The notes under the pieces are model-generated. The model made no database searches. It was not told the DNA's origin and was given only the letters and a program-made list of their open reading frames with translations. Source: Hemiscyllium ocellatum (taxonomy: Eukaryota). From it: a stretch of 64,000 bases of DNA. The stretch is from contig NW_026867501.1 in assembly GCF_020745735.1 (NCBI RefSeq), positions 186,001-250,000 of the forward strand. The letters run 5' to 3'. Shown piece by piece: positions 1-12,590 of the stretch. Each line of letters opens with the position of its first letter. Position 1 is the first letter of the stretch. The position numbers and the translations under genes were made by a program.

Positions 1-959
1 TCTCAGATATTGAGGCTGTATTTTGAGGGTTTCTTGGCCAAAGCACCAGTGAGCAATGCAAGCGCATACAGGAATGATGGAGGAATTCTTCTAGGTTCAG
101 GCTGGTCTCCAGAAAAAACAATATGGCACGGCAGACAATCGTTCCTTGAAGTCCAATCGTCGTGTCCATAAAACTAATTAAAGACAAGTTTTTCTTGCAT
201 GTTTCACCGACTATTAATAACAGCTGATAGAGGCTTCCAAAGTCCTAAAGACTTATGAAAACAAACCAGACCTGAACCACCACCGGTCAGAACACTGGAA
301 CCTTACTAAGGTGGTTGACAAAATGGAATTGTGTCAGAATGGACCCCGACGAACGGAGATTGCTAAGTTTTTGTGCTCGCTATGAATGCAGAAGCAGCTA
401 TATTGAAAACCTGAACATGTGCTAGGTGAATTAAATAAACAGGCGAACTCTATTGCACATGCTGGAATGTCTTACGTTAGCCTTTGAATAATGGAAGAAA
501 TCGTCTCATTACATACTTTATCCCAGTTCATAATTTGACTCTGAATTAATTCTGCGTGCCAGCATATTTAAATCAACTAATACAGGAATACAAAAATGCT
601 AAATGAATAAATGATGATACATTGAAATCGCAACTTCCAAAATAAGCGACAGTTTGAATGTGGCAGAAGCATCTTTTCATCAAATAGAACAGGATAGAAG
701 TATGCTTTTTTTAAATTTCTGGTTCACTTTGATTATGGTCATTTTTGATGTGCCGTTGTCCCCTAAATGATTTGAAAACCAATGGAATTTATCTGACACA
801 AAAACAGTGCCAACTAAAATCAATGTTAATGGGAGACCAACCATGAAATGATATGGAACCAATAGAGATGACATATGAATGTTACGAACATAGCATTCGT
901 CGAACCAGTGCTCTTTATTGTGCATAAATTGGTTACATTTTTTGATGCGTTTCAATGTG

Positions 960-1610
960 GCTACGACTGTGTCAACTGGGGGTATTATAAATTCTGGTAA
1001 TTGTGAAAATAGACAAGTTCCCTGGGCCGCATGGGATTTATCCCAAGATTGTCTGGGAAGCCAGGGAGGAGATCACAGAGCCATTGGTTTTGATCTTTAT
1101 GTCGTCATTGTTTACACGTATACTGCCAGAAGACTGGAGGATAGCAAATGTTGCCCCTTTTTTCAAGAAGAGAAGTCAACCCTGGTAATTATAGACCAGT
1201 AAGTCTTATGCCGGTTGTAGATAACGTGTTTAATAACGTTGTTGACAGATGGAATTTATAATCATCAAGAGAGGAATAAATTGATTAGGGATAGTCAACA
1301 CGGTTTTCTGAAGGGTACATCGCACCTCTCAAATCGTATTGAGTTCTTTGAGATGGTGAACAATCAAGTGGATTAGGGTAAAGCAGGTGATATCGTGTGT
1401 ATGTATTTCACTAAGGCGTTCGACAAGGTGCCTCATGGAGGCTATGGGAGCATGGGTTTGTGGGTTATTTAGCGGTTAGGTCAGAAATTGGCTAGCTGAA
1501 AGAAGGCAAAGGGTGGTGGTTGATGGGAAAAGTTCATCCTTCATTTCAGTTATTAGTGGTGTACATTCAGGATCTGTTTTGTGGTCACTGCTATTTGCCA
1601 ATTTTTATAT
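960..1610 (+). mobile_element. CR1-type LINE fragment (RT region, degenerate)
   Basis: Frames give IDKFPGPHGIYPKIVWEAREEITEPL..EDWRIANVAPFFKK and VVDGKSSSFISVISGVHSGSVLWSLLF, typical CR1 RT motifs, with stops and frameshifts. Confidence 0.85.
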
Positions 1611-4600
1611 AAGACCTCTATGCTTCTGTGAGCAAAGGAGAGATAATGCAGCAGGTCAGCATTTAAACTTGCTGGAGAAACCATCAGAAACTATACAGAT
1701 GACAAGAATTTTATTGCAAATGAAGCAGCTTAAGTGGGAGGCGAGAGATAAGGAAAGGGCAGCAGAAATGAAGCAGCTTGAGTTACGATTAAAAGCAGAA
1801 GAGTGGAGAAAAGTGAGAACAAAGAACGTAAGAAGAGTGTTTAAACTTCAAAATCTGACACTTAAAAAAATCAGCTTAAAAGGCTGGAGATAAAGGCTGA
1901 GGGTCGGCTTTGTGAGGAAGAGAGTGACGTTGAGCAAGCCCCTGGTAGTCAGAAGCCAAGTGAGAAGCTGTTTAAGTATGTTCAAGAATTGCCTAAATTT
2001 GGTTTGAAGAATGTGGAAGACTTATTCATCTCATTTGAAAAGGTGGCTAAACAAATGCAGTAGCCAGAGACAATGTGGGTTTTGTTGATCCAAACAAAAC
2101 TTGTGGGTAGTGCTCGTGAGGTAGTTGCATCCCTATCAAAGGAGATTTCTGGGGAGTATGAGGAGGTGAAGAAGCCATTGTAAGTGCATATGAGCTTGTA
2201 CCAGAAGCATATAGACAACGTTTCAGGAATCGAAGGAGGAACCCATGTCAACCCTATTTTGAGTTTTAAAGGATCAAGCTGAGTAATTTCCATAGTTGGA
2301 TAAGAGATTTTAAAATTGAACAAACTTATAATTACCCTTTAGAGAGGTAATTATTTTGGAGGAATTCAAATATTCACTGCCTGAAGTAATGTGAAATCAT
2401 GTGGAAGAGGAGAGAGGTAAATTAGCTGAAGTAGCTGATGATTATGAGCTGGTCCATTAAACTCGGTTTGGCTTCCAGAATCAGTTTCAGCCCGTGAGGG
2501 TTTGAAATTGGGGCAAACAGGAATCCTCACGTGAAAAGGGAAAGGTAGATGTCAGTGAAGTACATAAGGATAGTTTACCACAGGGGAAATAAAAAACCCT
2601 TGAGGGGGACAAATAGTTCATAAAGCTCCAGTGTTTTCATTGTAATAAATTGGGCCACACGAAATCAGTGTTGGTGGGATAGGAGAAAGCCAGATGTAGG
2701 AAAACCAGACAAACCTGGAAATTGTGTTGGACTACTAACAAAAAGCACAAGGGAAGTTAGACAACTAACTCAGAGGATACAAGATGATTTCAGCTTGATT
2801 AAGGCAGAAGAGCCAGATCAGCTTAAAAATATACATGCAAGTTTAAAGTTTATTCAAATCGGTAAGGAGGTGACAATATTAAGGGATAAAACATCCTCAG
2901 CCTGTCATGCTAAAGGATGAAGTGATATGCACTCCTGGGGTACTGTTGCTAGAGAAAGTGCTGGTAACAGGAATTAATGGTGAGACAAAAAGTGCTCAGT
3001 TATGTAAAGTGAGGCTAGAGAGTTCAAGAAAGAGTGGACTATTTGTGTTAGGAGTACAAGACAAACTCGCAGCTCGAAGAATATAATTTGTCCTTGCAAA
3101 TGATATAGCTGATTCACCAGTAAGCGTGCTGCCTACTTTAGTCAAAAGGCCAATGGAGATGCAAGCAATTGAAGACCTAAGGGATGTTTATCCAGGAATT
3201 TTCCCTAATTGCGTTATCACAAGATCACAGAGGCACAAGTTGAAGCAGGACAGATTAAAAGGCACAGATAAGGAAGCTTTCACACTGTTATCCAAAACTT
3301 CATTTGATCAGATAAGTGACAGAGATGGAGCATATAAGTAAACATGTAAGTATGCTTAGCTCTGCTAATCTAATTGAATTACAGCATAAAGATGAGGAGT
3401 TAAAACAGTTACATAAAAAAAATTGCAGAATAAGGAAGTGAATGCATTCCTGTGTGTTATTACTTAGCAAATGATGTCTTGATGAAATGGAGACCATATA
3501 CACAGTCAAGCAGATGAAAAATGGGCAGAGGTTCAACAATCTTGTTTGCTACTCGGGTATGGAAAGGGGGTGCTGCGAGTGGCGCATGAACTACCACTTG
3601 GAGGACATTTAGGGGTGAAGAAAACCTAGGGTAAAATACAAAGACATTTTTGCTGGTCTGGACGACGCAAAGACGTCAGTGAATTTTGACAGACTTGTCA
3701 TACATGTCAACTAATCGGAAAACCACAGGCAGTCATAAAAACCTGCACCTTAAATACCTATTCCAGCATTTGAGGAGCCTTTCACAAGAGTGTCAATTGA
3801 TTGTGTAGGTCCCCTACTTAAAACAAAAAGTGGGAATTAGTATTTATTAACAATAATGGATGTGTCGACGAGATTTCCAGAGGCAATTCCAGTCAGATCA
3901 AGGATCAAACTTCACATCCATTATATTAAAGTAGCTAAAGAATAACTTGGGAATACCGCAATTCAAATCTACTGCGTAGCATCTGGAATTGTAGAGAGCG
4001 CCAGAGAGATGGCATCAAACACTAAAGACCATGTTGAGGGCTTATGGTCAGGAATATCCAGGTGATTGGGTTAAGAGAATTCCTTTTGCACTTTTTTGCG
4101 ATCAGAGATGCACCGAATGAATCGACAAAATTCAGTCCATTTCAATTATTTTTCTAGCATGATGTCAGAGGAAGGTAAAAATTGATTAAGGAGAAATTAA
4201 TAAGTCAGAATTCAGAGACCACCGATTTTGACTCTGTGTAAAATTTTATAGAACGATTAAATAAAGGTGGAGAGTTGCCTGGACAACACTTAAAAGTATC
4301 ATAGAATACAATGAAACAAGAAGCAGATAAGAAGTCACAAATTCACAATGTTGCACAGGGGATAAAATATTAGTGTTACTTGTAGTGACAAGTGAACCTT
4401 TAAAACCAAGGTTCAGTGGACCTTATCAAAACGAGAGTAAATTGAGCGAGGTGAACTACTTGATAAGGACTCCAGACAGGAAGAAATCTCACAGACTGTG
4501 TCATGCGAATTTCCTCAAAGGGTACTTTGATAGGAGAGGAAAGCAAGAGGATAAAATGTTAACAATTACAGCACAGAAGGAAGAAACTGGTTCAGAGGCT

Positions 4601-5778
4601 TATTGAACTACCTTCCACAAGAAAATCGAAATGTCCTGAAACAGGTATCACTATTACATGGGGAAATATGCGGAAATAAACTGGGAAGTACTAACCTAAT
4701 TGTGCGTGATGTTGATATAGGAGATGTTATTCCGGTTAAGCAACGTCATTACAGGCATGACCCTCTAATGTTGGCACAGGTTCAGAGGGAGATAGAGTGC
4801 ATGCTCCAAGATAGCATAATCGGAGCTCACCCATAGTCATGGTGCCATAGCCAGCTGTTATCCACCGGTAGTATGGACAATCGCAAAGTCTGATGCATAT
4901 CCAATTCTACAATTGCAGGATTGTGTTGGAAAAGTGGGACAAGCAATTTTCATTTCTAAGTTGTACTTGCTCAGAGCCTATTGGCAAGTACCTCTGTCAG
5001 AGAAAGGAAAGGCAATTTCTGCTTTTGTAACGCCAAATGAGCTATATCAGTTCAACATCATGCCATTTGGTATGAAAACACTCCAGTCACAATTCAGAGA
5101 TTGACTAATAAGGTCATTGCGTGATTACCCAACTGTATGGCGTATATTGAAGACTTGGTGATTTTTAGTCATTCGTGGAAGGAACATTTACAGCATTTAT
5201 TAGACTTCTTAAGATTGACTTCGGAAGGCAGACTTGGTGGTAAACCTAGCTAAAAGTGAATTTGCTAAAGTCCAAGTCACCTTCCTGGGCCATTTTATTT
5301 AACATAGACTAACGGCCCCACGGGATGTGAAAACGAAAGTAATTGGGAATTTGCTTCACCATCGACGAAAAAGGCAGCACTGTGGTTCTTAGGGTTGAGT
5401 GCATTTTACCGGAAGTTTGTACTGAGCTGTAGCAATGCGGCGGCTCGACTCACGAAATTGTTTTTAAAAAGGCAAGAAGTTTCAGTGAACAGAGGACTGT
5501 CAAAAGGCATTTGACAGCCTTAAAACTGTGTTAGCCACAGCCCCAGTATTAGCCACAGTGGATGAAAGGAAACCTTTCTTGATGGCTACCGATGTCAGTG
5601 ATGTGCATGCCAGTGCGGTGTTCCTGCAGGAGGATGATGAGGGAATAGAAAGATCCGTCGGGTATTTTTCCAAGATTTTGAACGTTCATCAACGGAAATA
5701 TTCAACGGTGGACAGAGAATTTTAAGCTTGGTGTTGGCCTTACAACATTTCAGTATTTATACCACCACCAATGCATCT

Positions 5779-5999
5779 AAGCTGAAAAATGTGTTGCTGG
5801 AAAAGCGCAGCAGGTCAGGCAGCATCCAAAGAGCAGGAGAATCGACGTTTCGGGCATGAGCCCTCCTTCAGGATTTCCTGAAGAAAGGCTCATGCCTGAA
5901 ACGTCGATTCTCCTGCTCTTTGGATGCTGCCTGACCTGCTGCACTTTTCCAGCACCACATTTTTTAGCTCTGAACTCCAGCATCTGCAATACTCACTTT
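5779..5999. mobile_element. Palindromic Penelope-tail-derived short insertion flanked by a 13-bp direct duplication
   Basis: Arms 5781-5873 and 5876-5968 are near-perfect reverse complements; CACCAATGCATCT at 5766-5778 and 6000-6012 flanks the insert inside the Gypsy RNaseH region. Confidence 0.85.
5874..5910 (+). ncRNA. Minimal type I hammerhead-ribozyme-like motif
   Basis: CTGAAGA (5878-5884), extra A, stem II AGGC-TCAT-GCCT, GAAA (5898-5901), C-GTC cleavage triplet; stem I weak (2 bp). Mirror copy on the minus strand has CTGAAGG with perfect GGGC/GCCC stem II and AATC/GATT stem I. Confidence 0.55.
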
Positions 6000-6356
6000 C
6001 ACCAATGCATCTGAGACAATCATGTACACGGATCAAAACCCATTGACACTAGTGGGTGATTTTGTTGTCTCAAAGGCCAGACTGTTCAGATGAGGCTTGT
6101 TGTTGCACTCATTCAATTTGACAATTGTGCATTTGGCAGGTCTGGAAAACGTGATTACTGACGTGTTATTGAGACTCGAATAAGATGCAGAGGCATTTGG
6201 CGGTGGGTGTGACCCGGCCTGAAGTTTCATTTCGTTGTGCGTGTTTGCATGTATATTGTTAGTGTAGAGTATCAGTGTGTATAAACTACTAACCGGGATT
6301 TTGTAGGATGCAAAATGAAGCCATCTTTTAGTATTGATTTGTTTTTAGGGAGGATG

Positions 6357-7137
6357 TGTCACAAAGCTAGTCCCTTCATTTCTAAAAGCTGTTCCTTTGC
6401 TCTGGGAGGTGCTACCCTTGTTTTTTTTTCAGATGAGCAAAAAACCAGGCTGGACTCCGATCAGTCTGGTTTAGTACAAAGATGAAAAGGACCCTAGGAG
6501 TCCCATTGTTTATATGTAAAGAGATGGATCTTCAGACCAAAGTGCTCATGCTTTAGAAGTGACCCAAGTAAAGAGAGGGGAGTAGTCAGCTCTCTAGCCA
6601 GCTGAGCTGTGCAGATTTTACTTCAAAATCACGTAACACCAGATTAAAGTCCAACAGGTTCAAATGGAAGCACTTGCTTTCGGAGTGCTGCTCCTTCATT
6701 ACGGGGCTATGGAGCATACTTTAAACTGGTGTTGTGTGATTTTTAACTTTGGACTGTCCAGTCCAACACTGGCATCTCCAACTCATTTTTAATTCAGCCT
6801 TGAACAGGGACGTTTAATACGGCAATGTGTGGAAACGCTGTCTTGTTTCTGCCCTTCAACTTTAACCTGAAAACATGTGTTTCATTTGTACAGTGTTGTA
6901 AAGGGAGTTTGCTTATTGGGACAGCATAGTTAATGCAAGCTGGATAAGTTGAGACCTAAAGGGGATTTTTTTCGGTTTTTGTAATTCATTGTGAAAATTT
7001 GTGACGTTTTTGTTTAAAAATCTAGTAGTCACCCTAGCTACCTTACACCGTGTAATTTTCACTGCACACTTACTGCAAAGATAGGTCTTGGACTGCCTGC
7101 TAGGAATGTTTTTGATGGTCTGGCCTAGTCCATAACA
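6357..7137 (+). repeat. 3' LTR of the first Gypsy element (interrupted by a short Penelope-tail repeat at ~6620-6750)
   Basis: Purine tract AGGGAGGA just before TGTCAC at 6357; ends CCATAACA at 7137, after which CR1 sequence resumes. Confidence 0.6.
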
Positions 7138-7775
7138 CAAGATAACTGAATGGTGCCACCCAAGTTGACAGGTTTGTTAAGAAGGCATAGGGTGTGTTAG
7201 CTTTTATTTAGAGGAAATGAGATTTGGAGCCACGAGGGCATTCTGCAATTGTGAAAATCTGGAGCGGTTGCACTTGGTTACATACAGTCCTGTTCACTGC
7301 ATTATAAGGAAGATGTGGAAGCTTCATAAATGGTTCAGACGTGATGCACTAGGATGTTGACTGGCATGGAGGGAAGGTCGTTTGAGGAAAGGGTAAGAGA
7401 CTTGAGTGTGTTTTCGTTACAGAGAATAAGGTTGAAATGTGACTTAATTGAGATTTTTAAAATAATCGGAGGGTTGTATAGAGTGGCCAGTGATAGCCTT
7501 TTAACTCGGATGCTGGTGGTTCGCACGACAGGGTGATAGATGTTGGACAAATGCCAGAGGTATTTGTTTTACCGAGAGAGTAGTGGAGAGGTGGAACACA
7601 CTAACTACAACAGTAGTAGATTCGCCAACACTCAGGGTAGTTAAATGGTCATTGGATAAACATGTGGATGAAAATGGAAGTGTCAGATAAATAGTCTTCA
7701 GGTTGGTTCCACCACTCGGCGCAACATCGAGGGCTGATGAGCCTCTCCGACGCTGGAATATTTGTTGTTCTAAAT
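7138..7775 (+). mobile_element. CR1 LINE 3' part
   Basis: MEGRSFEERVRDLSVFSLQRIRLKCDLIEIFKII..RVASDSLL followed by a typical CR1 3' UTR (GGCGCAACATCGAGGGC...); may be the continuation of the 960-1610 fragment split by the Gypsy. Confidence 0.85.
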
Positions 7776-8689
7776 AACCCGTGTTGCTGTCTTCTCAGTG
7801 CACTATTTTATTTTCAGCTCTGACAGTAAATGGTCAAAAACTGATCAAAATCGACGGTTTGTTAACCAGGAAGAACCCTTTGAAGATACACAAGTTAAGA
7901 CAGAATAGAGACTGCACATCGATGTGATATACCTGAAACAGAACACGAATTAAAATCCCCCAATACACTTTGATATTAAAAAGGTGTGAGCATAACCAGG
8001 AGATCGGTGGAGAACAGGAAATAAATGGTACAATCAGGCAGAGCAGATCTTGTCTGAGAAAAGATCAAAATGAGGAATATGTTATCTGTAAGAGATGGAA
8101 AAATAGAAAATCTGCACGAGGACGTGTGAGGAGTAGAAAGGTGGTGTTTTCATTCCAAATAATGTCATCTTTCAGATGTGAAACGAATTCCCTACATTTC
8201 CCAACTTCAAGTTTGGAAAATTATGACGTGTATTAAAAATATTAATTTTCTTTAGAAATAAAGTCTATCTATCACACAAAAATGTACAATGTTCCAACAG
8301 AACAAAAGGGAGCACGAAGAAAAATCAAATACTCCACTCAGCAAAGTGAAAGCATAGAAAAATATAAATATGTAACAAAAAGCTCGAAATTATTGGAATA
8401 TTCTATAGTAAAATAGAGAGTAATTAGTGTAAAACTAATAAGGAGTATATATAACTATTAATTTAATGTAGCTCCCTCCAAAGCTTGACATGGAATACTT
8501 CGCTGCAAATGTGTTGCTGGTCAAAGCACAGCAGGCCAGGCAGCATCTCAGGAATAGAGAATTCGACGTTTCGAGCAGACCTCATTTTTTAATGGAATAC
8601 TTCGCTGTTGACATTTCTTTGACATTTATGTCCAATGAAACTGGAACTGGCACTGTGTAGTGATCGTCCATTATCCAGACGTAGGCAAA

Positions 8690-9390
8690 AATGAGGACTG
8701 CAGACGCTGGAAACCAAAGTCTAGATTAAAGTGGTGCTGGAAAAGCACAGCAGGAGAGGCAGCATCCGAGGAGAAGGAAGATCGATGTTTCGGGCAAATG
8801 CCCTTCATCAGGATTGAATGCAGGGGGCCTTCAGGGTGCAGAGAAGAATGGGAGTGGGTTGATCTCGGAAGAAGAGTGCAATAGGTGGATGGGGGTTGGG
8901 ATGAAGGTGATAGGTCAGAGAGGAGGATGGGGAAGATCGCAAAGAGTACAATCAATGGATTGGACGATGAAGGTGATAGGTCAGAGAGGAGGCTGGAGCG
9001 GAAAGGTGGGAAGGAAGATTGGCAGGTAGGACATGTCATGAGGATCGTGCTGAGTTGGAAGGTTGGAACTGAGGTAAGGGGACGGGAGGAGAAATGAAGA
9101 AACTGGTGAAGTCCACATTAATGCCGTGTGGTTGAAGTGTTCTGAGGCGGAAGATGAGGCGTTCTTCCTTCAGGCGTTGTGTGCTGAGGGAGAGGCGGTT
9201 GATGAGGCCCAGGACATGCATGTGCTCGGACGGGAAGAAGAAATTTTGGGCCATGGGGCAGTGGGGTTGATTGTTGCGGGCGTCCTGGAGATGTTCCCGA
9301 AAATGCCCTGTGAGAAGTCATCCAGTCTCCCCAATGTCGAAGAGACCACATCAGGAGCAACGGATACAATAAATGAAAGAGGTGGATGTC
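8690..9390 (-). mobile_element. Penelope-like element 3' end (GIY-YIG C-terminus plus terminal repeat)
   Basis: Minus ORF 9036-9254 QRLKEERLIFRLRTLQPHGINVDFTSF; adjacent frame YIGETGR-like region (HWGDWMTSHRAF); pyrimidine-rich spacer; terminal repeat with hammerhead core. Confidence 0.8.
8781..8814 (-). ncRNA. Minimal type I hammerhead-ribozyme-like motif in Penelope terminal repeat
   Basis: Minus strand ATC-CTGATGA-A-GGGC-ATTT-GCCC-GAAA-C-ATC-GAT: intact CUGAUGA/GAAA core, 4-bp stem II, 3-bp stem I, AUC triplet. Confidence 0.65.
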
Positions 9391-12250
9391 ATTATCCAGA
9401 TTTCATATGCCCATTTCGCTTGTCCAGTGCAGGCAACCGAATTTTTCTGAATCCACATCTAGTGCATTCTGCCGCAAAGATTTAGTACCAAAATGTAGTG
9501 CATAGCAATATATTAGCGACACCTACATGATTCCAAGTCAAAATGCTTAAGGGGTTACTCTCAGTAAGTTCTTGTCTCTCTGGGAAATCAGTCAAAAGCA
9601 GCAGTACTGGCCAAAACTAGAAACGCCCTATGAACAAGAGTGGCTGTTTACATGGAATCTCAAATTTTCTGAGTAATTCTGTTCGCACCACCATCCACGA
9701 GTGTCTGATTCTACGTTATATGATCACCAGTTTCCTGGCAGTAGTGATCCACTTTTCAACACGGAAGTCAAGTCATGTGAGCAGTTGTAATTCACAAAAA
9801 TAAATAACTCACTCCGCTTTGGAGCAAATTGCACATAGAAATAATCACTGGAATTCTCAAATGTATGTGTGGTGGAAACAAATATATCTCTGATTATAGA
9901 TAAAACGCGAACATTTGCAGTTTCCTGATGCAAATCCAGGCCCACTTTCGCTTTCACAATTTAATTACAAGTGGATCGCAGAATTTACTCTTTTCATCTT
10001 CCATGTTACATGATATTTTATTATATTTATACATTCCTTCAAATTCTGTTTTTTTTAATATCAATCAATATTCTCCAATTGTGCGGCTTATACCTTCGAT
10101 GTCTCGCTCTCCAATTGACTTAGTTACTTAGTTGTTTCTCTTTAGTTCTGAGTCCCCATGGTTCCAAACTACTAGATGTGTTTTTCTCACTGGACCATCA
10201 CCTCAGTCCCTCCACGTCACGATGGCTAATATGATCATCTTTACCTAAATTTCTAACACTTTGTTTCCTACTATTTAATTCCCTGTGTTTCTGTCAGCTT
10301 TTTGTCCTCTGACTCCCTTTACTTTTTCTCTCTTAGTCTCAATCATTTCTTGCCTGAATCTCCATACGCAAAGAAACAAGTATTTATCACTTTTCTCCAC
10401 AAGATGGCAGTCTGACGATCCTATCCTACAGGGATCCTTGACACCACAGTCCATAATTTGCTGATCATTGCCTTAGTAGAAGGAAACTTTGTCAATCATA
10501 AACAGCCAGTGCAATAAAGTAATGTCTATCCGAGCTCAGTCACAACAACAGGCTACTTAAAGTAAATTCATTGACATCAAGGCATCATTTGTAAATTCAA
10601 TGACACTGTTCACTTACTTCATAACTCTGCCTAAATATAGGAAGATAACAAGAATCTGATTGCGAGGGCCGAACAGACACGGCGTATGTACTTTCTCCCG
10701 CATTGCAGCATCTTTAAATATAAAGAATTGTTAATGTCAAATGTGGTTCAACACCACGTACAGAACTATAGCAAAACGAAACATTCACCCTTGCTACTTG
10801 GAACTGGATTTGACTGTAGCTTCAATGGAAGTGAAGTTCTCTGCCTTAAATGTGCTTCACCAGTAATACAATAGGTACTGCAGAGGTTTTTCTTATTGGA
10901 TGAGATAAACGAGACATCTGTCTCAAGGCCTCGTGCCAGTGAGAACGTGTAAACTACTTGGATCGATCAATTACTCTGGGTAAAGGCACACAACTTCAAA
11001 ATCACACATTTGATTAAACACTCAACTTAATCACAATTAAACCAATTCTCCAATGATATCAATCAAAGAATTGCGGTGCTGAAGATCTGAGCAAAAGCAG
11101 AAATTTATGGAGAAACTCAGCAGGTCCGGCAACAGTTTTAAACAGATGGTTAACATTTTTCGTCAAGTGACCCTTCGTCAGTGCAGAACACTTGACTCAA
11201 AACGTTCATTCTGTGTTTTCTTCCCTCTAGTAATATTCCTAATCACTACTTTCGTGGACCAGCAAAATGCAGGGAAATAAATGGCAACTTCTGCAGTTTT
11301 GATTTCAGGTGAACATTTTCTGTAAGGATGAATTCGCCTTAAATACAGATATCTTCTATTGTGTAGCCAGTGTTATTGGGGCGTCTGTATTATCCCAATT
11401 GCAACAGATGCTTCCGCAGGAGGCGGAATCAGTTGAAATTGAAGAAAATGCTTGTGTTTTGTTATAAACTACATTATGAACAATGAAGTTGTCGTGAACA
11501 ACAACATTTTATTTTGTTCCGATAGAACAGATTCGCTCTCATAGTTTATCATTTCACATCTGCTGCATCTATAATGCCTTTCCCATCAAATCTATGAAAT
11601 CAGTACCAATTTTATTTTTATAATAGGAGGCATTCAACTTGTTGATTGTACTGCTGAGTTTAAACCATTATAACTGCACTGTTCATCTATAATCTGCATT
11701 ATATTAGCTGTCAGAATCTCAAAGGTAACTGCATAGCTATTTTACCAAAGTAGTACGAGCTAATTTACTTCATACTGTCCAGCTCCCAGAGTGAAAATAT
11801 CCAAGGGACAACATTAGCTTTGATTCTAGATCTCATCTGTGCTCCATTGACTGCAGACCCACTCATCTCAGTAGCTCGAGTCTTAACAAACAGTGAGCAG
11901 CTGGATGTCTCCAGCTAACTACATGTATATCAACAACCAAAGAATGGTCTAAGACTCAGGATGTTATTCAACAGGAAGGGTTCTCGAGTTAACAATTTCA
12001 AGTTCAGTTTGCTTTATACAAACACACAGTAACTGTCTAGAAATAGAACAATATCTTTATATTGATTCTTTGCAACAGCAGCGCTCATAAATGGTAAAGC
12101 GTTTTAAAAGCTGCACACTCTTCAATATTTAGGCATTGCTGACATTGTTTTAAACACACTTATTCTATTTAAAAAATGTGCAGTCCATATGTTATCCGGT
12201 AACATAGCTATGATAATATATTGAAGGTCTGTGTTTCTACATTTCTGCAG

Positions 12251-12590
12251 GTGTTGGTAGTGCAGACTCAGTTTTGAAAGAGTTGGTCTCAGCAATGAAG
12301 TGTGAAGGAAATGTGTTGAACCTTATTTAAAGTTATTTGGCTGCTGCTACTGCTGATTATTCTTTAGATTTATATCGTCAGCATCGAGGTAAATCCCCAA
12401 CATTCTTGATCCACATCACCACCTATGGTGATGTTATCAGAGCTGTGTGGGTAGAGCTTCGATTTTCGGCGAGGACAGAGAGTGGAAAAAGTGAGGGGAA
12501 TTTCATCATCTGTGATCTGCGACTGCCTGACCGAGACAGTGGACCAAGAGACACCGTGAATGGAATCAGACGGAATCTCATACAAAAGCA
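12251..12590 (+). pseudogene. TCR V-alpha/delta-like pseudogene with retained 23-RSS
   Basis: Acceptor TTTCTGCAG|12251; GVGSADSVLKELVSAMKCEGNVLNLI*SY..LYRQHRGKSPTFLI..RFSARTESGKSEGNFII; stop in FR1, YYC motif deleted; RSS CACCGTG (12552-12558)/23/ACAAAAGCA (12582-12590). Confidence 0.85.

Larger units (their letters stand above)
1620..6356 (+). mobile_element. Gypsy LTR retrotransposon internal region, Gmr1-like order gag-(PR)-INT-RT-RNaseH, decayed; 5' LTR absent
   Basis: gag (ELVPEAYRQRFRN ~2190; CFHCNKLGH knuckle ~2635), integrase (GHLGVKKT..CHTCQ ~3600-3710; IDCVGP..IMDVSTRFPEA ~3800-3890; PRFSGPY ~4410), RT (YWQVPL..MPFGMK ~4980-5080), RNaseH (ATDVSDVHASAVFLQE ~5590); many stops. Confidence 0.85.

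Noticed and set aside
7820-8110. Possible V relic (ALTVNGQKLI..DC..DVIYLKQ..PQYTL) after a good acceptor
   Set aside because: No Trp41, YYC or RSS; the similarity could be chance
9600-9957. Minus-strand ORF with SDYFYVQFAPKRSELFIF resembling V FR2
   Set aside because: No Cys23, no WYxQ, no convincing YYC or RSS
11340-11410. TDIFYCVAS resembling a V 3' end
   Set aside because: No CAC heptamer or nonamer and no upstream framework
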